Shown: positions 5,605 to 14,218, counted from the stretch's first letter. The stretch: 17,212 nt of DNA from an uncultured Candidatus Saccharibacteria bacterium (GCA_964638845.1 CAZXBN010000005.1:1-17212); one strand, 5' to 3'. Numbers and translations: made by a program. The notes: generated by a model not told the origin, from the sequence alone.

Positions 5605-7605
5605 ATGAGTAAAATTTTAGGTATTGATTTGGGAACAGCAATTTCCAAAATGGCTATTGTAAAAGACGGAGAACCAAAGTGTGTAGAAAATAGGGAAGGA
5701 TCTATTTTAACTCCTTCTATTGTTACTATTTCTAAAAAAGGAGAAAGATTAACTGGTGTTTTAGCTAAAAGACAAGCGATTACTAATCCAAAGAATACTA
5801 TTCATTCAGTAAAAAGATTTATTGGAAGAAGGTTTTCTGATCAAGAAGTTCAAGATGAAATTAAGAGAGTTTCTTATGATGTTAGAGAAAGAGATGACGG
5901 AGGGGTAGAGGTTAAATTGGGAGATGATTGGAAGAGTCCAATCACAATCTCTTCAATGATTTTGCAAAAATTAAAAATGGATGCTGAAGAGAATTTAGGA
6001 GAAGAAATAAATTCAGCTGTTATTACTTGTCCAGCTAACTTTGATGACTCACAAAGAAAAGCAGTTAAGGCAGCTGGAAAGATTGCTGGATTAAAAGTTT
6101 TAAGAATTATTAATGAGCCAACAGCCGCAGCTTTAGCTTATGGAATTGGTAGAAAAAAAGAAGAAACAATTGTTGTTTACGATTTTGGAGGTGGAACTTT
6201 TGATGTTTCAATTCTAAATATCTCACCTGATGTTGTTGAGGTTTTAGCAACTGAAGGAGCTCCTCATTTAGGGGGAAATGATTTTGATCAAAGGATTATT
6301 GATTGGTTGGCTAAAAAATTTAAAGAAGATCAAGGTATTGATTTATTAGAAGATCCTTTAGCTTTGCAAAGACTTAAAGAGGCAGCTGAAAAAGCGAAAA
6401 AAGAATTATCTTCAGCAATGGAGACAGAAGTTAATCTTCCATTTATTTCCTCAACTGACTCTGGTCCAAAACATTTAAATTATAATTTAACTAGAGCTAA
6501 ATTTAATGATTTAACTCGTGACTTAGTTGAAGAATCAATTGAGAAGGTTAAGGAAACATTAAGTCAAGTAAATCTTAAGGAAGAAGATTTAGAAAAATTA
6601 AATAAACAAGGAGGAGATGATGAAAAGCTTGAACCTAATGAAGTTGATGGTGTTGTTTTGGTTGGAGGAACAACTTTAATTCCAGCTATTAGAACTGCAG
6701 TTAAAGAATATTTTGGAAAAGAACCAGATAAATCTATTAATCCTCAAAAAGTAGTTGCAATGGGAGCTGCAATGGAAGGAGAAATATTAAGAGTAAAGGA
6801 AGAGGGTGGATCTGAAGAAGAAGCAAAAGATGTTTTATTATTAGATGTTTTACCATTATCTTTAGGAATGGAAACTTTAGGTGGAGTTAATACGACTATG
6901 ATAGAAAAAAATACAACTATTCCAACATCTAAAACTAAAACATTTTCAACTGCTGCTGATAATCAAACTACTGTTCAGATTAATGTTTTACAAGGAGAGA
7001 GGCCAATGGCTAAGGATAATAGATCACTAGGTCAATTTGTTTTAACTGATATTCCTCCAGCACCAAGAGGAACTCCTAAAATTGATGTTACTTTTGACAT
7101 TGATTCTAATGGTATTTTATCAGTAACAGCGGAAGATAAAGCAAGTGGAAAATCTAAATCAATTAAGATTGAAGGTTCAATTGGTTTATCTGATGAGAAA
7201 ATTGAAAAGATGAAAAGAGAAGCTGAAAAATATGCTGAAGAAGACAAAAAGAAGAGAAAAATGATTAAAGTTAAGAATAAAGCTAATAATTTAGTTTATC
7301 TTGCTGAAAAGACCTTAAGAGATTCAAAAGATAAGGTTTCTGAAGACATTAAAAAAGAAATTGAATCTAAAAAAGAAGAGTTGAAAAAGGCTAAAGAGAG
7401 TGATAACATTAAAGACATTGAAAAGAAAACTGCCGCTTTATCTAAAGCTATTCAGAAAGTTGGAGCCGAAATGTATAAGGATATAAATAAACAAAAAGCT
7501 GCAGGTGGACAAAGTTCAAAAAAAGAAAAAAGTTCAAAAAAAGAAAACGTTGAGAAAGGAAAGTATAAAGAAAAAAAAGATTCAAAAAAAGATAAGAAAA
7601 AATGA
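5605..7605 (+). CDS. dnaK: Molecular chaperone DnaK (Hsp70)
   Basis: Starts [11 protein letters not shown]. Contains [69 protein letters not shown], and [17 protein letters not shown]...[30 protein letters not shown] moved the start from the ORF-track TTG at 5572 to ATG 5605 because the extension lies inside the hairpin. Confidence 0.95.
   Translation: MSKILGIDLGTAISKMAIVKDGEPKCVENREGSILTPSIVTISKKGERLTGVLAKRQAITNPKNTIHSVKRFIGRRFSDQEVQDEIKRVSYDVRERDDGGVEVKLGDDWKSPITISSMILQKLKMDAEENLGEEINSAVITCPANFDDSQRKAVKAAGKIAGLKVLRIINEPTAAALAYGIGRKKEETIVVYDFGGGTFDVSILNISPDVVEVLATEGAPHLGGNDFDQRIIDWLAKKFKEDQGIDLLEDPLALQRLKEAAEKAKKELSSAMETEVNLPFISSTDSGPKHLNYNLTRAKFNDLTRDLVEESIEKVKETLSQVNLKEEDLEKLNKQGGDDEKLEPNEVDGVVLVGGTTLIPAIRTAVKEYFGKEPDKSINPQKVVAMGAAMEGEILRVKEEGGSEEEAKDVLLLDVLPLSLGMETLGGVNTTMIEKNTTIPTSKTKTFSTAADNQTTVQINVLQGERPMAKDNRSLGQFVLTDIPPAPRGTPKIDVTFDIDSNGILSVTAEDKASGKSKSIKIEGSIGLSDEKIEKMKREAEKYAEEDKKKRKMIKVKNKANNLVYLAEKTLRDSKDKVSEDIKKEIESKKEELKKAKESDNIKDIEKKTAALSKAIQKVGAEMYKDINKQKAAGGQSSKKEKSSKKENVEKGKYKEKKDSKKDKKK
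7513..7548 (+). repeat. In-frame 18-nt tandem duplication in the dnaK tail
   Basis: AGTTCAAAAAAAGAAAAA (7513-7530) is followed by AGTTCAAAAAAAGAAAAC (7531-7548), 17/18 identical. They encode SSKKEK and SSKKEN. Confidence 0.7.
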
Positions 7606-8708
7606 AGGATTATTATAAGGTCTTAGGAGTATCGAAAGATGCTTCTCCTTCTAAAATTAAAAAAGCTTACTATAAGCTAGCCAAAAAACACCACCCTGAC
7701 AAGGGTGGTGATGAGGATAAGTTTAAAAAGATAAACGAAGCTTATCAAGTACTCTCTAATAAGAAAAAGAGAAAGCAATACGATAATTTTGGAAGAACGT
7801 TTGATCAGGGAGGACCTAGAGCTAGAAGAGGAGGAATGGGCGGGATGGGAGATGGTTTTTACAAACAATGGAGTTGGGGTAATAGTGGTGCTTCCGGACA
7901 AGGTTTTGATTTTAAAGATATTTTAAATGAAATTTTTGGAAGAAGTGGAGGAGGATTTAGACAGAAGAGAGATGTAAGAAGAGGAAACGATATAAAGATA
8001 AAAATTCATGTTCCTTTAAAAAATGTTTTAGAAAAACATGAGAAAGAAGTTTCCTTAAGAAAGAAACTAACTTGTCCAAGATGTGAGGGAAAGGGTGGCG
8101 AACCAGAAACAGAGATGAAAGAATGTTTTTCTTGTAGAGGAACAGGAAGAGTTAAAAAAATAAGAAGAACAATGTTAGGAAGCTTTACTGAAGACTCTAT
8201 TTGTCCAGAGTGTAATGGTCAAGGAGAAATTCCTGAAAAACCTTGTAATGTTTGTGGAGGAGACGGAAGAGTTGAAAAAGAAAAAACAATTAAAATTACA
8301 ATCCCAGCCGGAATAGATGACGATCAAGTTATTAAAATGAAAGGAAAAGGTAATGCTGGAATTAATGGAGGTCCAGCTGGAGATTTATATGTTGTTTTTT
8401 CAATTCAAAATGATTCTGATTTTGAAAGAAGAGGAGATAATTTATATACTGATAGAGAAATTAATTTCTCTCAAGCCTCTTTAGGAGGTGAAACTGAAAT
8501 TAAAACTTTAAGTGGAAAGGAGATTGTTTTAGAAATACCAAAAGGAACAGAGTCAGGAAAAGTTTTAAAAATTGAGAATAAAGGAATTCCTCATTTTGGT
8601 AGAGGAGGAAAGGGGGATCTCTTTGTTGAATTGAATATTAAGACTCCTCAGCGTTTGACAAAAAAACAGAAAGAGTTATTAAGAAAGCTAAGTAAAGAAA
8701 ATCTTTAA
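7602..8708 (+). CDS. dnaJ: Co-chaperone DnaJ (type I Hsp40)
   Basis: J-domain with YYKVLGV...[15 protein letters not shown] (HPD). G/F-rich region [10 protein letters not shown]. Four CxxCxGxG zinc-finger repeats ([32 protein letters not shown]). ATGA overlap with the dnaK stop. Confidence 0.95.
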   Translation: MKDYYKVLGVSKDASPSKIKKAYYKLAKKHHPDKGGDEDKFKKINEAYQVLSNKKKRKQYDNFGRTFDQGGPRARRGGMGGMGDGFYKQWSWGNSGASGQGFDFKDILNEIFGRSGGGFRQKRDVRRGNDIKIKIHVPLKNVLEKHEKEVSLRKKLTCPRCEGKGGEPETEMKECFSCRGTGRVKKIRRTMLGSFTEDSICPECNGQGEIPEKPCNVCGGDGRVEKEKTIKITIPAGIDDDQVIKMKGKGNAGINGGPAGDLYVVFSIQNDSDFERRGDNLYTDREINFSQASLGGETEIKTLSGKEIVLEIPKGTESGKVLKIENKGIPHFGRGGKGDLFVELNIKTPQRLTKKQKELLRKLSKENL

Positions 8709-8713
8709 TTTAA

Positions 8714-8785
8714 GCCCTCATAGCTCAACGGCAGAGCAGTAGCCTTTTAAGCTATTGGTTCCAGGTTCGAATCCTGGTGAGGGCA
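8714..8785 (+). tRNA. tRNA-Lys (anticodon UUU), no encoded CCA
   Basis: Folded by hand into a cloverleaf. Acceptor GCCCTCA/TGAGGGC. D-arm GCTC-AACGGCA-GAGC. Anticodon arm GTAGC-CTTTTAA-GCTAT with TTT at 8746-8748. Variable loop TGGTT. T-arm CCAGG-TTCGAAT-CCTGG. Discriminator A at 8785, followed by CAC rather than CCA. Confidence 0.9.
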
Positions 8786-8792
8786 CACTAAA

Positions 8793-9965
8793 ATGAATTT
8801 TTCAAATAAAAAATTTAATTATCTAGTTTTAATAATTATTGGGTTAGTTTGTTTTCAATTTGGTTCTTATTATGGACAAACAAGTTGTCGAATTTGTCCA
8901 CCTGAAGATTTAGATTTTTCTTTATTTTGGGAGGCCTATCATAAAATTGAAGATAACTTTGTAAAGGAGGAGTTGTTAACTAGAAAGAATATCTTATACG
9001 GGGCCATTAAAGGGATGACTGCTTCTTTAGAAGATCCTTATACTATCTTTTTACCTCCAAAAGATACTAAAACTTTTTTAGAAGATGTTGATGGTTCTTT
9101 TGAAGGGGTGGGAATGGAAATTACTATTCGCGACGATCAATTAAAGGTGGTTGCTCCTTTAGAAGGAACTCCCGCTAAAAAGGCTGGTTTAAGACCAGGT
9201 GATATTATTACTAAAATTAATGGAACCTCAACAATTGATATTACAATTGATGAGGCGGTTAATATGATTAGGGGAGAAAAAGGAACTGATGTTGTTTTAA
9301 CAGTTTTTAGAGAAAATTGGGAAGAAGTAAGAGATATTACTGTTACTCGAGGAGTAATAGAAATTCCTTCTTTAAAATTAGAGATTAAAGAAGAAAATAT
9401 TGCTTATCTTCAGATTTATCAATTTAGTCGATTATTAAGTAGTGATTTTAGAGATGCTGCTTATGAAATTCTAGATAGTAAAGCCGACAGAATAATTTTA
9501 GATTTAAGGAGTAATCCTGGTGGTTATTTAAGTGTTGCTCAAGATTTAGCTGGTTGGTTTTTAGAAGAAGATCAAATAGTAGTAATCGAGAAATTTAGAG
9601 ATGGTAGAAAAATATCTAAAAAAACAGAAGGGAATAGTCTTTTGAAAGACTATCCGGTTGTTGTTTTGATTAATGAAGGTTCAGCTTCTGCTTCCGAGAT
9701 TTTAGCTGGAGCTTTAAGAGATAATAGAGGTGTTCAGTTAATTGGAAAAAAATCTTTTGGTAAAGGATCAGTTCAAGAATTAAAATCTTTATCAAATGGT
9801 TCAAGTCTTAAAATTACAATTGCTGAGTGGTTAACTCCAAACGAAAATTTAATTAACGATGTTGGTTTAGAGCCTGACATTGAAGTTGAATACACTAAGG
9901 AGGATTATGAAAATGAGGTGGATCCTCAATTAGAAAAAGCCATTGAAGTCATTAAAAATCTATAG
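8793..9965 (+). CDS. S41 family carboxyl-terminal processing peptidase (Ctp/Prc-like) with PDZ domain
   Basis: 390 aa. N-terminal membrane anchor (YLVLIIIGLVCFQFG). PDZ motif GTPAKKAGLRPGDIITKINGTS. DLRSNPGGYL. Catalytic-serine context INEGSASASEILAGALRD and lysine context GKKSFGKGSVQ. TAG stop is followed immediately by TAA. Confidence 0.9.
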   Translation: MNFSNKKFNYLVLIIIGLVCFQFGSYYGQTSCRICPPEDLDFSLFWEAYHKIEDNFVKEELLTRKNILYGAIKGMTASLEDPYTIFLPPKDTKTFLEDVDGSFEGVGMEITIRDDQLKVVAPLEGTPAKKAGLRPGDIITKINGTSTIDITIDEAVNMIRGEKGTDVVLTVFRENWEEVRDITVTRGVIEIPSLKLEIKEENIAYLQIYQFSRLLSSDFRDAAYEILDSKADRIILDLRSNPGGYLSVAQDLAGWFLEEDQIVVIEKFRDGRKISKKTEGNSLLKDYPVVVLINEGSASASEILAGALRDNRGVQLIGKKSFGKGSVQELKSLSNGSSLKITIAEWLTPNENLINDVGLEPDIEVEYTKEDYENEVDPQLEKAIEVIKNL

Positions 9966-9980
9966 TAAACTTAATTTAAT

Positions 9981-10427
9981 ATGAAAGTTATTTTCTTAAA
10001 AAACGTTCCAAATGTTGCTCAAAAAGATGAGATCCAAGATGTTAAGAGTGGTTATGCTAGGAATTATTTAATTCCAAATGGTTTAGCTAAAATAGTCACC
10101 CCACAAGATCTTGAAAAAGTTCAACAAAGAAAAGAAAAGAAAAAAGAAAAGAAAGAAAAAGAGAAAGAGAAAAAAGAAAAATTATCTAAAAATCTTGAAG
10201 GAAGAAAATTTGAATTAGAATTTAAGGTTGGGGAGGAGGGTCAACTTTTTGAATCGGTTACATCTAAAAAAATTGCTGAAGCTCTTCAAGACGAGGGTTT
10301 TGAAGTTGAGGAAAAACAAATTAATTTAGATAAGCCAATAGATTCGGTAGGAGAATACCCAGTTGATTTAAACTTTGGAGAAGAATTAGAATCAAAAATT
10401 ATAATTACAATTACCAAATCTAATTAA
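9981..10427 (+). CDS. rplI: 50S ribosomal protein L9
   Basis: 148 aa. MKVIFLKNVPNVAQKDEIQDVKSGYARNYLIPNGLA is the L9 N-domain signature. It has a long central helix and a C-domain with GQLFESVTSKKIAEAL. Confidence 0.9.
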   Translation: MKVIFLKNVPNVAQKDEIQDVKSGYARNYLIPNGLAKIVTPQDLEKVQQRKEKKKEKKEKEKEKKEKLSKNLEGRKFELEFKVGEEGQLFESVTSKKIAEALQDEGFEVEEKQINLDKPIDSVGEYPVDLNFGEELESKIIITITKSN

Positions 10428-10433
10428 AAAAAC

Positions 10434-12053
10434 ATGAAGCCAAAATTTATTTTCGTTATCGGTGGGGTGATGTCGGGAGTAGGAAAAGGAATCACCGCTG
10501 CTTCGATTGGACGAATTCTAAAAATGAGAGGCTTCAAGGTTACTTCAGTTAAAATAGATCCTTATGTGAATGTTGATGCTGGAACTATGAATCCAGTTGA
10601 ACATGGGGAGGTTTTTGTAATGGATGATGGAACTGAATGTGATCAAGATATTGGTAATTACGAAAGGTTTTTAGAAGAAAACTTAACAGCTGATAACTAT
10701 TTAACAACTGGAAAAGTTTATCAGTCAGTTATTAAAAAGGAAAGGAATTTAGAATATAAGGGGAGGTGTGTTGAAGTTATTCCGGATATTCCAAATGAAG
10801 TTATTTCAACGATTGAAAAAGCATCAAAAAAGAATGATGCTGATTTTACTATTATTGAAATTGGAGGAACGATTGGTGAATATCAGGGGTTAGTTTTTCA
10901 AGAAGCAGCCAGGATGATGAAATTAAAAAATCCGAAGGATGTTAAATTTGTTTTAGTTTCTTATCTTCCAATTCCAGCTCATATTGGAGAAATGAAAACA
11001 AAACCAACTCAAACGGCTTCGCGCCTTCTTAATGAAACTGGGATTCAGGCTGACTTTATTTTTGGACGTTCGAAAGTTCCTTTAGATAAGCCAAGAAAAA
11101 GAAAAATTTCAACTTTCTGTAATGTTGATAAAGAAAATATAATTTCTGCTCCAGACGTTGATTCTATTTATGAAGTTTTATTAAATTTTGAAAAAGAAAA
11201 CTTAGGAGATAAAATTTTAAATGAATTTGGCTTAAAGAAGAAAAAAGCAAAACTTAAAAAATGGAAGAAATTAGTTAAAACTATTAAGGGAGCAAAAGAA
11301 AAAGTTAAGATTGGAATAGTTGGAAAATATTTTAAAACTGGTGATTTTGTTTTGTCTGATTCTTATATTTCCGTTATTGAATCGATTAAGCATGCAGCTT
11401 GGTCTTTTGGAAAAGAAGCCGAAGTTAAGTGGTTATCAGCTGAAAAGTATGAAAAAGATAAGAAAAAACTTAAAGAAATTGAAGATTTGGATGGGGTGAT
11501 TGTTCCTGGTGGTTTTGGATCTCGTGGAACTGAAGGTAAAATTAACGTTATCCAATATTGTCGTGAGAATAATATTCCTTTTTTTGGATTATGTTTAGGG
11601 ATGCAATTAGCAGTAATTGAGTTTGCTCGTCATGTTTGTGGTTTAAAAGATGCTCATTCAACTGAATTAGATCCTAAAACCAAGAACCCAGTTATTGATA
11701 TTATGGCTGATCAAAAAAAGTTATTAAAAGATAAAGATTATGGAGGAACGATGAGATTGGGTGCTTATAAATGTGCTTTAAAGAAAGGAACAAAGTCTTA
11801 TCAGGCTTATGGAAAGAAAAATATTGAAGAAAGACATCGTCATCGTTACGAATTTAATAATCAATATAAGAAGGTTTTAAATAAAAATGGGATTGTTTTT
11901 GCTGGTCAAAATCCAAAAAGAGATTTAGTTGAAATTATTGAGTTAGAGAAACACCCGTTTTTTGTTGGAGTTCAATTTCATCCAGAATTTAAATCTCGAC
12001 CTTTAAATCCTCATCCTTTATTTAAAAAATTTATTAAAACTTGTATTAAATAA
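10434..12053 (+). CDS. pyrG: CTP synthase
   Basis: 539 aa. KFIFVIGGVMSGVGKGITAASIG, DPYVNVDAGTMNP-x-EHGEVFV, glutaminase GLCLGMQ, and HRHRYEFN plus QFHPEF are all canonical PyrG motifs. Confidence 0.95.
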   Translation: MKPKFIFVIGGVMSGVGKGITAASIGRILKMRGFKVTSVKIDPYVNVDAGTMNPVEHGEVFVMDDGTECDQDIGNYERFLEENLTADNYLTTGKVYQSVIKKERNLEYKGRCVEVIPDIPNEVISTIEKASKKNDADFTIIEIGGTIGEYQGLVFQEAARMMKLKNPKDVKFVLVSYLPIPAHIGEMKTKPTQTASRLLNETGIQADFIFGRSKVPLDKPRKRKISTFCNVDKENIISAPDVDSIYEVLLNFEKENLGDKILNEFGLKKKKAKLKKWKKLVKTIKGAKEKVKIGIVGKYFKTGDFVLSDSYISVIESIKHAAWSFGKEAEVKWLSAEKYEKDKKKLKEIEDLDGVIVPGGFGSRGTEGKINVIQYCRENNIPFFGLCLGMQLAVIEFARHVCGLKDAHSTELDPKTKNPVIDIMADQKKLLKDKDYGGTMRLGAYKCALKKGTKSYQAYGKKNIEERHRHRYEFNNQYKKVLNKNGIVFAGQNPKRDLVEIIELEKHPFFVGVQFHPEFKSRPLNPHPLFKKFIKTCIK

Positions 12054-12241
12054 TGTTTTCTTTTAAAGGAAACCAAGACTTTATTTTATTTGTTGGTATT
12101 TTTTTAGTTGTTTTACTTTCTTTTGCTTGTGGCTTTATTGTTGCTAAAAAACAAGAAAAAGAATCAATTAAAATTTATAAATATGAAAGAACAAAAAGTA
12201 GCTATTGTTGGAGCTGGAATTTGCGGTCTTTATTTAGCTAA
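12053..12241 (+). CDS. Possible small single-pass membrane protein (uncertain)
   Basis: The ATG overlaps the pyrG stop (TAATG). Sequence MFSFKGNQDFILFVGIFLVVLLSFACGFIVAKKQEKESIK has one clean TM helix followed by a basic stretch. The last 59 nt overlap the next gene out of frame. T-rich DNA gives hydrophobic peptides in more than one frame, so coding status is unproven. Confidence 0.3.
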   Translation: MFSFKGNQDFILFVGIFLVVLLSFACGFIVAKKQEKESIKIYKYERTKSSYCWSWNLRSLFS

Positions 12242-13130
12242 AAAACTTTCTAAAAAACATCAGGTTACTATTTTTGAAAAAAAGAAAAAGATTGGAAAGT
12301 ATGCTTGTTCCGGTCTTTTTTCTGAAAAAATATTAAGCTTTATTCCAGAAAGTAGAAAATTAATTAAGAATAGGATTAGCTCAGCCTTATTACATTTTTC
12401 TAAAAAAGAAATTAAATTAAATTTTCCTAAAGATTTTTTAGTAATTGACCATTTTAAGCTTGATCAATTAGTTGTTAAGTTAATTGACAAGGATCAGGTA
12501 AAAATACTCTTAAATCGAGAAATAGAGGCTATTCCGAGCGGTTTTGATCGGGTTATAGGTTGTGATGGAGCCAACTCTATTGTTCGAAAAAAAGTTGGTC
12601 TCCAACCAACAAAATGTCGAATTGGAATTCAAGGATTTCTTAAAAAGAAGGATTCTTCTGGTTTTGTTGAGGTTTGGCCAACTGAAAATGGTTTCATCTG
12701 GAAAATTCCTCGAGGTAATGAAATAGAATATGGAATTATTGAGGAGGTAGAAAAAGCTCAGAAGTTATTAAATAATTTTTTAAAAGAAAAAGATATCCAA
12801 CTAAAAGAAACTAGATCAGCTCTAATCCCAGAAGGATTTCAAGTTCCTTCTAGTAAAAAAATAACTTTGTGTGGTGATGCTTTGGGATTAACTAAACCTT
12901 GGAGTGGGGGAGGAGTTATTTGGGGCTTAACAGCAGCTGACATTTTATTAAAAAACTTTCCTGATTTTTTGAATTATAAAAAGAAGGTTGAAAGATTTTT
13001 TAAGTTTAAAATTCTCTTTTCTAGAATATTAACTAAATTAGTTTATTTCTTTGGTTTTAATTTTCCCTTTATTATTCCTAGTAAAGTGGAAATTGAAAAT
13101 GATTTTTTAATTTTTAATAAAAATGAATAA
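12183..13130 (+). CDS. FAD-dependent oxidoreductase, geranylgeranyl reductase family
   Basis: From ATG 12183 the protein starts MKEQKVAIVGAGICGLYLAKKL (GxGxxG). It has a K-x-x-C-S-G motif (GKYACSGLF), RVIGCDGANSIVRKKVG, GFIWKIPRGNEIEYGI, and LCGDALGLTKPWSGGGVIWGL, the pattern of geranylgeranyl-reductase-type flavoproteins. I rejected the ORF-track TTG start at 12108. Confidence 0.75.
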   Translation: MKEQKVAIVGAGICGLYLAKKLSKKHQVTIFEKKKKIGKYACSGLFSEKILSFIPESRKLIKNRISSALLHFSKKEIKLNFPKDFLVIDHFKLDQLVVKLIDKDQVKILLNREIEAIPSGFDRVIGCDGANSIVRKKVGLQPTKCRIGIQGFLKKKDSSGFVEVWPTENGFIWKIPRGNEIEYGIIEEVEKAQKLLNNFLKEKDIQLKETRSALIPEGFQVPSSKKITLCGDALGLTKPWSGGGVIWGLTAADILLKNFPDFLNYKKKVERFFKFKILFSRILTKLVYFFGFNFPFIIPSKVEIENDFLIFNKNE

Positions 13131-13800
13131 AAATATACCAAGACATTTAGGAGTTATTATTGATGGTAATAGAAGATGGGCTCGAAAAAGAAATTTACCC
13201 ACCTTTGAAGGTCATAAAAAAGGTTTAAATAATCTTAAATCTTTAATTCAGTGGTCAAAAGAAAAAGGAATAAAAATTTTAACAATGTATATTTTTTCGA
13301 CTGAAAACTGGAATAGGTCAAAGAAAGAAGTTGATTATTTAATGAAGTTATTTAAAAAAGTTTTTAAAAAAGGACCTGAGATAGCTAAAGGCGACATTAA
13401 AATTAATATTGCTGGGGAAAGAGATATGGTTCCGGAAGAAATTATTAAAATAATTCAAGAAGTTGAAGAGGAGACTAAAAACAACAAAGAAATGATTGTT
13501 AATTTTGCTTTTAGTTATGGTGGGAGAGCTGAAATTATTAATGCAGTTAAGAAAATAGTAAAGAAAGATATAGAACCAGAAGAAGTTACTGAAGATTTAA
13601 TAAAAAATAATCTTTACATTCCTCAAGACTTAGATCTATTAATCAGAACAAGCGAAGAAAGGGTTTCTAATTTTTTAATTTGGCAATTAGCTTATGCAGA
13701 GTTTTATTTTTTAGATAAACTTTGGCCAGCTTTTAGTAAGAAAGATTTTGAAGAAGCGATAAAAGAATATCAAAATCGAAAACGACGATACGGTAGATAA
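13123..13800 (+). CDS. uppS: Isoprenyl transferase (undecaprenyl diphosphate synthase family, cis-prenyltransferase)
   Basis: 225 aa. HLGVIIDGNRRWARKRNLP, FSTENWNRSKKEVDYLM, and LIRTSEERVSNFLIWQLAYAEFYF are hallmark UppS motifs. 8-nt ATGAATAA overlap with the reductase gene. Confidence 0.92.
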   Translation: MNKNIPRHLGVIIDGNRRWARKRNLPTFEGHKKGLNNLKSLIQWSKEKGIKILTMYIFSTENWNRSKKEVDYLMKLFKKVFKKGPEIAKGDIKINIAGERDMVPEEIIKIIQEVEEETKNNKEMIVNFAFSYGGRAEIINAVKKIVKKDIEPEEVTEDLIKNNLYIPQDLDLLIRTSEERVSNFLIWQLAYAEFYFLDKLWPAFSKKDFEEAIKEYQNRKRRYGR

Positions 13801-13822
13801 TTTTTGGTTTTTATCTTATAAT
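13794..13822 (+). promoter_or_regulatory. Possible promoter for the 128-aa/802-aa gene pair
   Basis: Perfect TATAAT at 13817-13822, 8 nt upstream of ATG 13831. Weak -35 TAGATA (4/6) at 13794-13799 with a 17-nt spacer. Confidence 0.35.
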
Positions 13823-13830
13823 TAAAAAAT

Positions 13831-14217
13831 ATGGACGAAGAAAAATTAAATAAAAAATCTAATAAGGAAAACTTTAAAACTGATCAAGAAATAGAAAAAT
13901 CTTTGGAGCGAAAGCCAGAAAAAAGAGAGTTCTTTGAAAACAAAGAACAGCAAAAAGAAATTGAGGAGAAGCTTGAAGAGGAATTAGAGAAAATGAAGAC
14001 TGAACCTGATAAATTGAAAGAGGATATAGAAACTGAAAAACAACAAATCAAAAACTTAAAAAAGAAAGGAAAGATTAATCGGTTACTTAAAATTGCTGAT
14101 AAAAAGGGGGTTGCTTTTGCAATTGCTGTTGCTAAAGATATGGATAGTCCTTATATTTTAGATATTCTTCATGATGTTTTAGCTCACAAAGGTTTTTATA
14201 ATAAGTTTATCAAATAA
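13831..14217 (+). CDS. Hypothetical protein: Glu/Lys-rich coiled-coil N-terminus plus compact hydrophobic C-terminal domain
   Basis: 128 aa. Residues 1-85 are almost entirely E/K/Q heptad-like sequence. The C-terminus is NRLLKIADKKGVAFAIAVAKDMDSPYILDILHDVLAHKGFYNKF. The stop lies 1 nt before the next ATG. I recognise no family. Confidence 0.7.
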   Translation: MDEEKLNKKSNKENFKTDQEIEKSLERKPEKREFFENKEQQKEIEEKLEEELEKMKTEPDKLKEDIETEKQQIKNLKKKGKINRLLKIADKKGVAFAIAVAKDMDSPYILDILHDVLAHKGFYNKFIK

Positions 14218-14218
14218 A

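Noticed and set aside
4020-7901. Antisense ORFs inside hrcA, DUF3467/hsp20, dnaK and dnaJ (4020-4202, 4951-5178, 7032-7247, 7677-7901, all minus strand)
   Set aside because: Each lies fully opposite a strongly supported conserved gene. The products are low-complexity Ser/Phe/Leu/Ile-rich mirror translations of Lys/Glu-rich sense codons. None shows a recognisable motif or start context.
8714-9965. tRNA-Lys as an integration hotspot with a downstream island
   Set aside because: No integrase is present. I found no direct repeat of the tRNA 3' end downstream. The following genes (S41 peptidase, rplI, pyrG) are core housekeeping genes with the same composition as their neighbours.
12108-12182. 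ORF-track TTG start giving the reductase a 25-aa hydrophobic extension
   Set aside because: The Rossmann GxGxxG fold normally begins within a few residues of the initiator Met, and ATG 12183 gives MKEQKVAIVGAG. The hydrophobic peptide can be explained by T-rich DNA. I kept it as an open alternative in the findings, not as the call.
12146-12185. Possible programmed +1 frameshift fusing the small TM ORF to the reductase (A6 run at 12146-12151)
   Set aside because: I saw no recognised slippery heptamer with a downstream stimulatory structure. The reductase has its own in-frame ATG. Overlapping independent genes is the simpler explanation.
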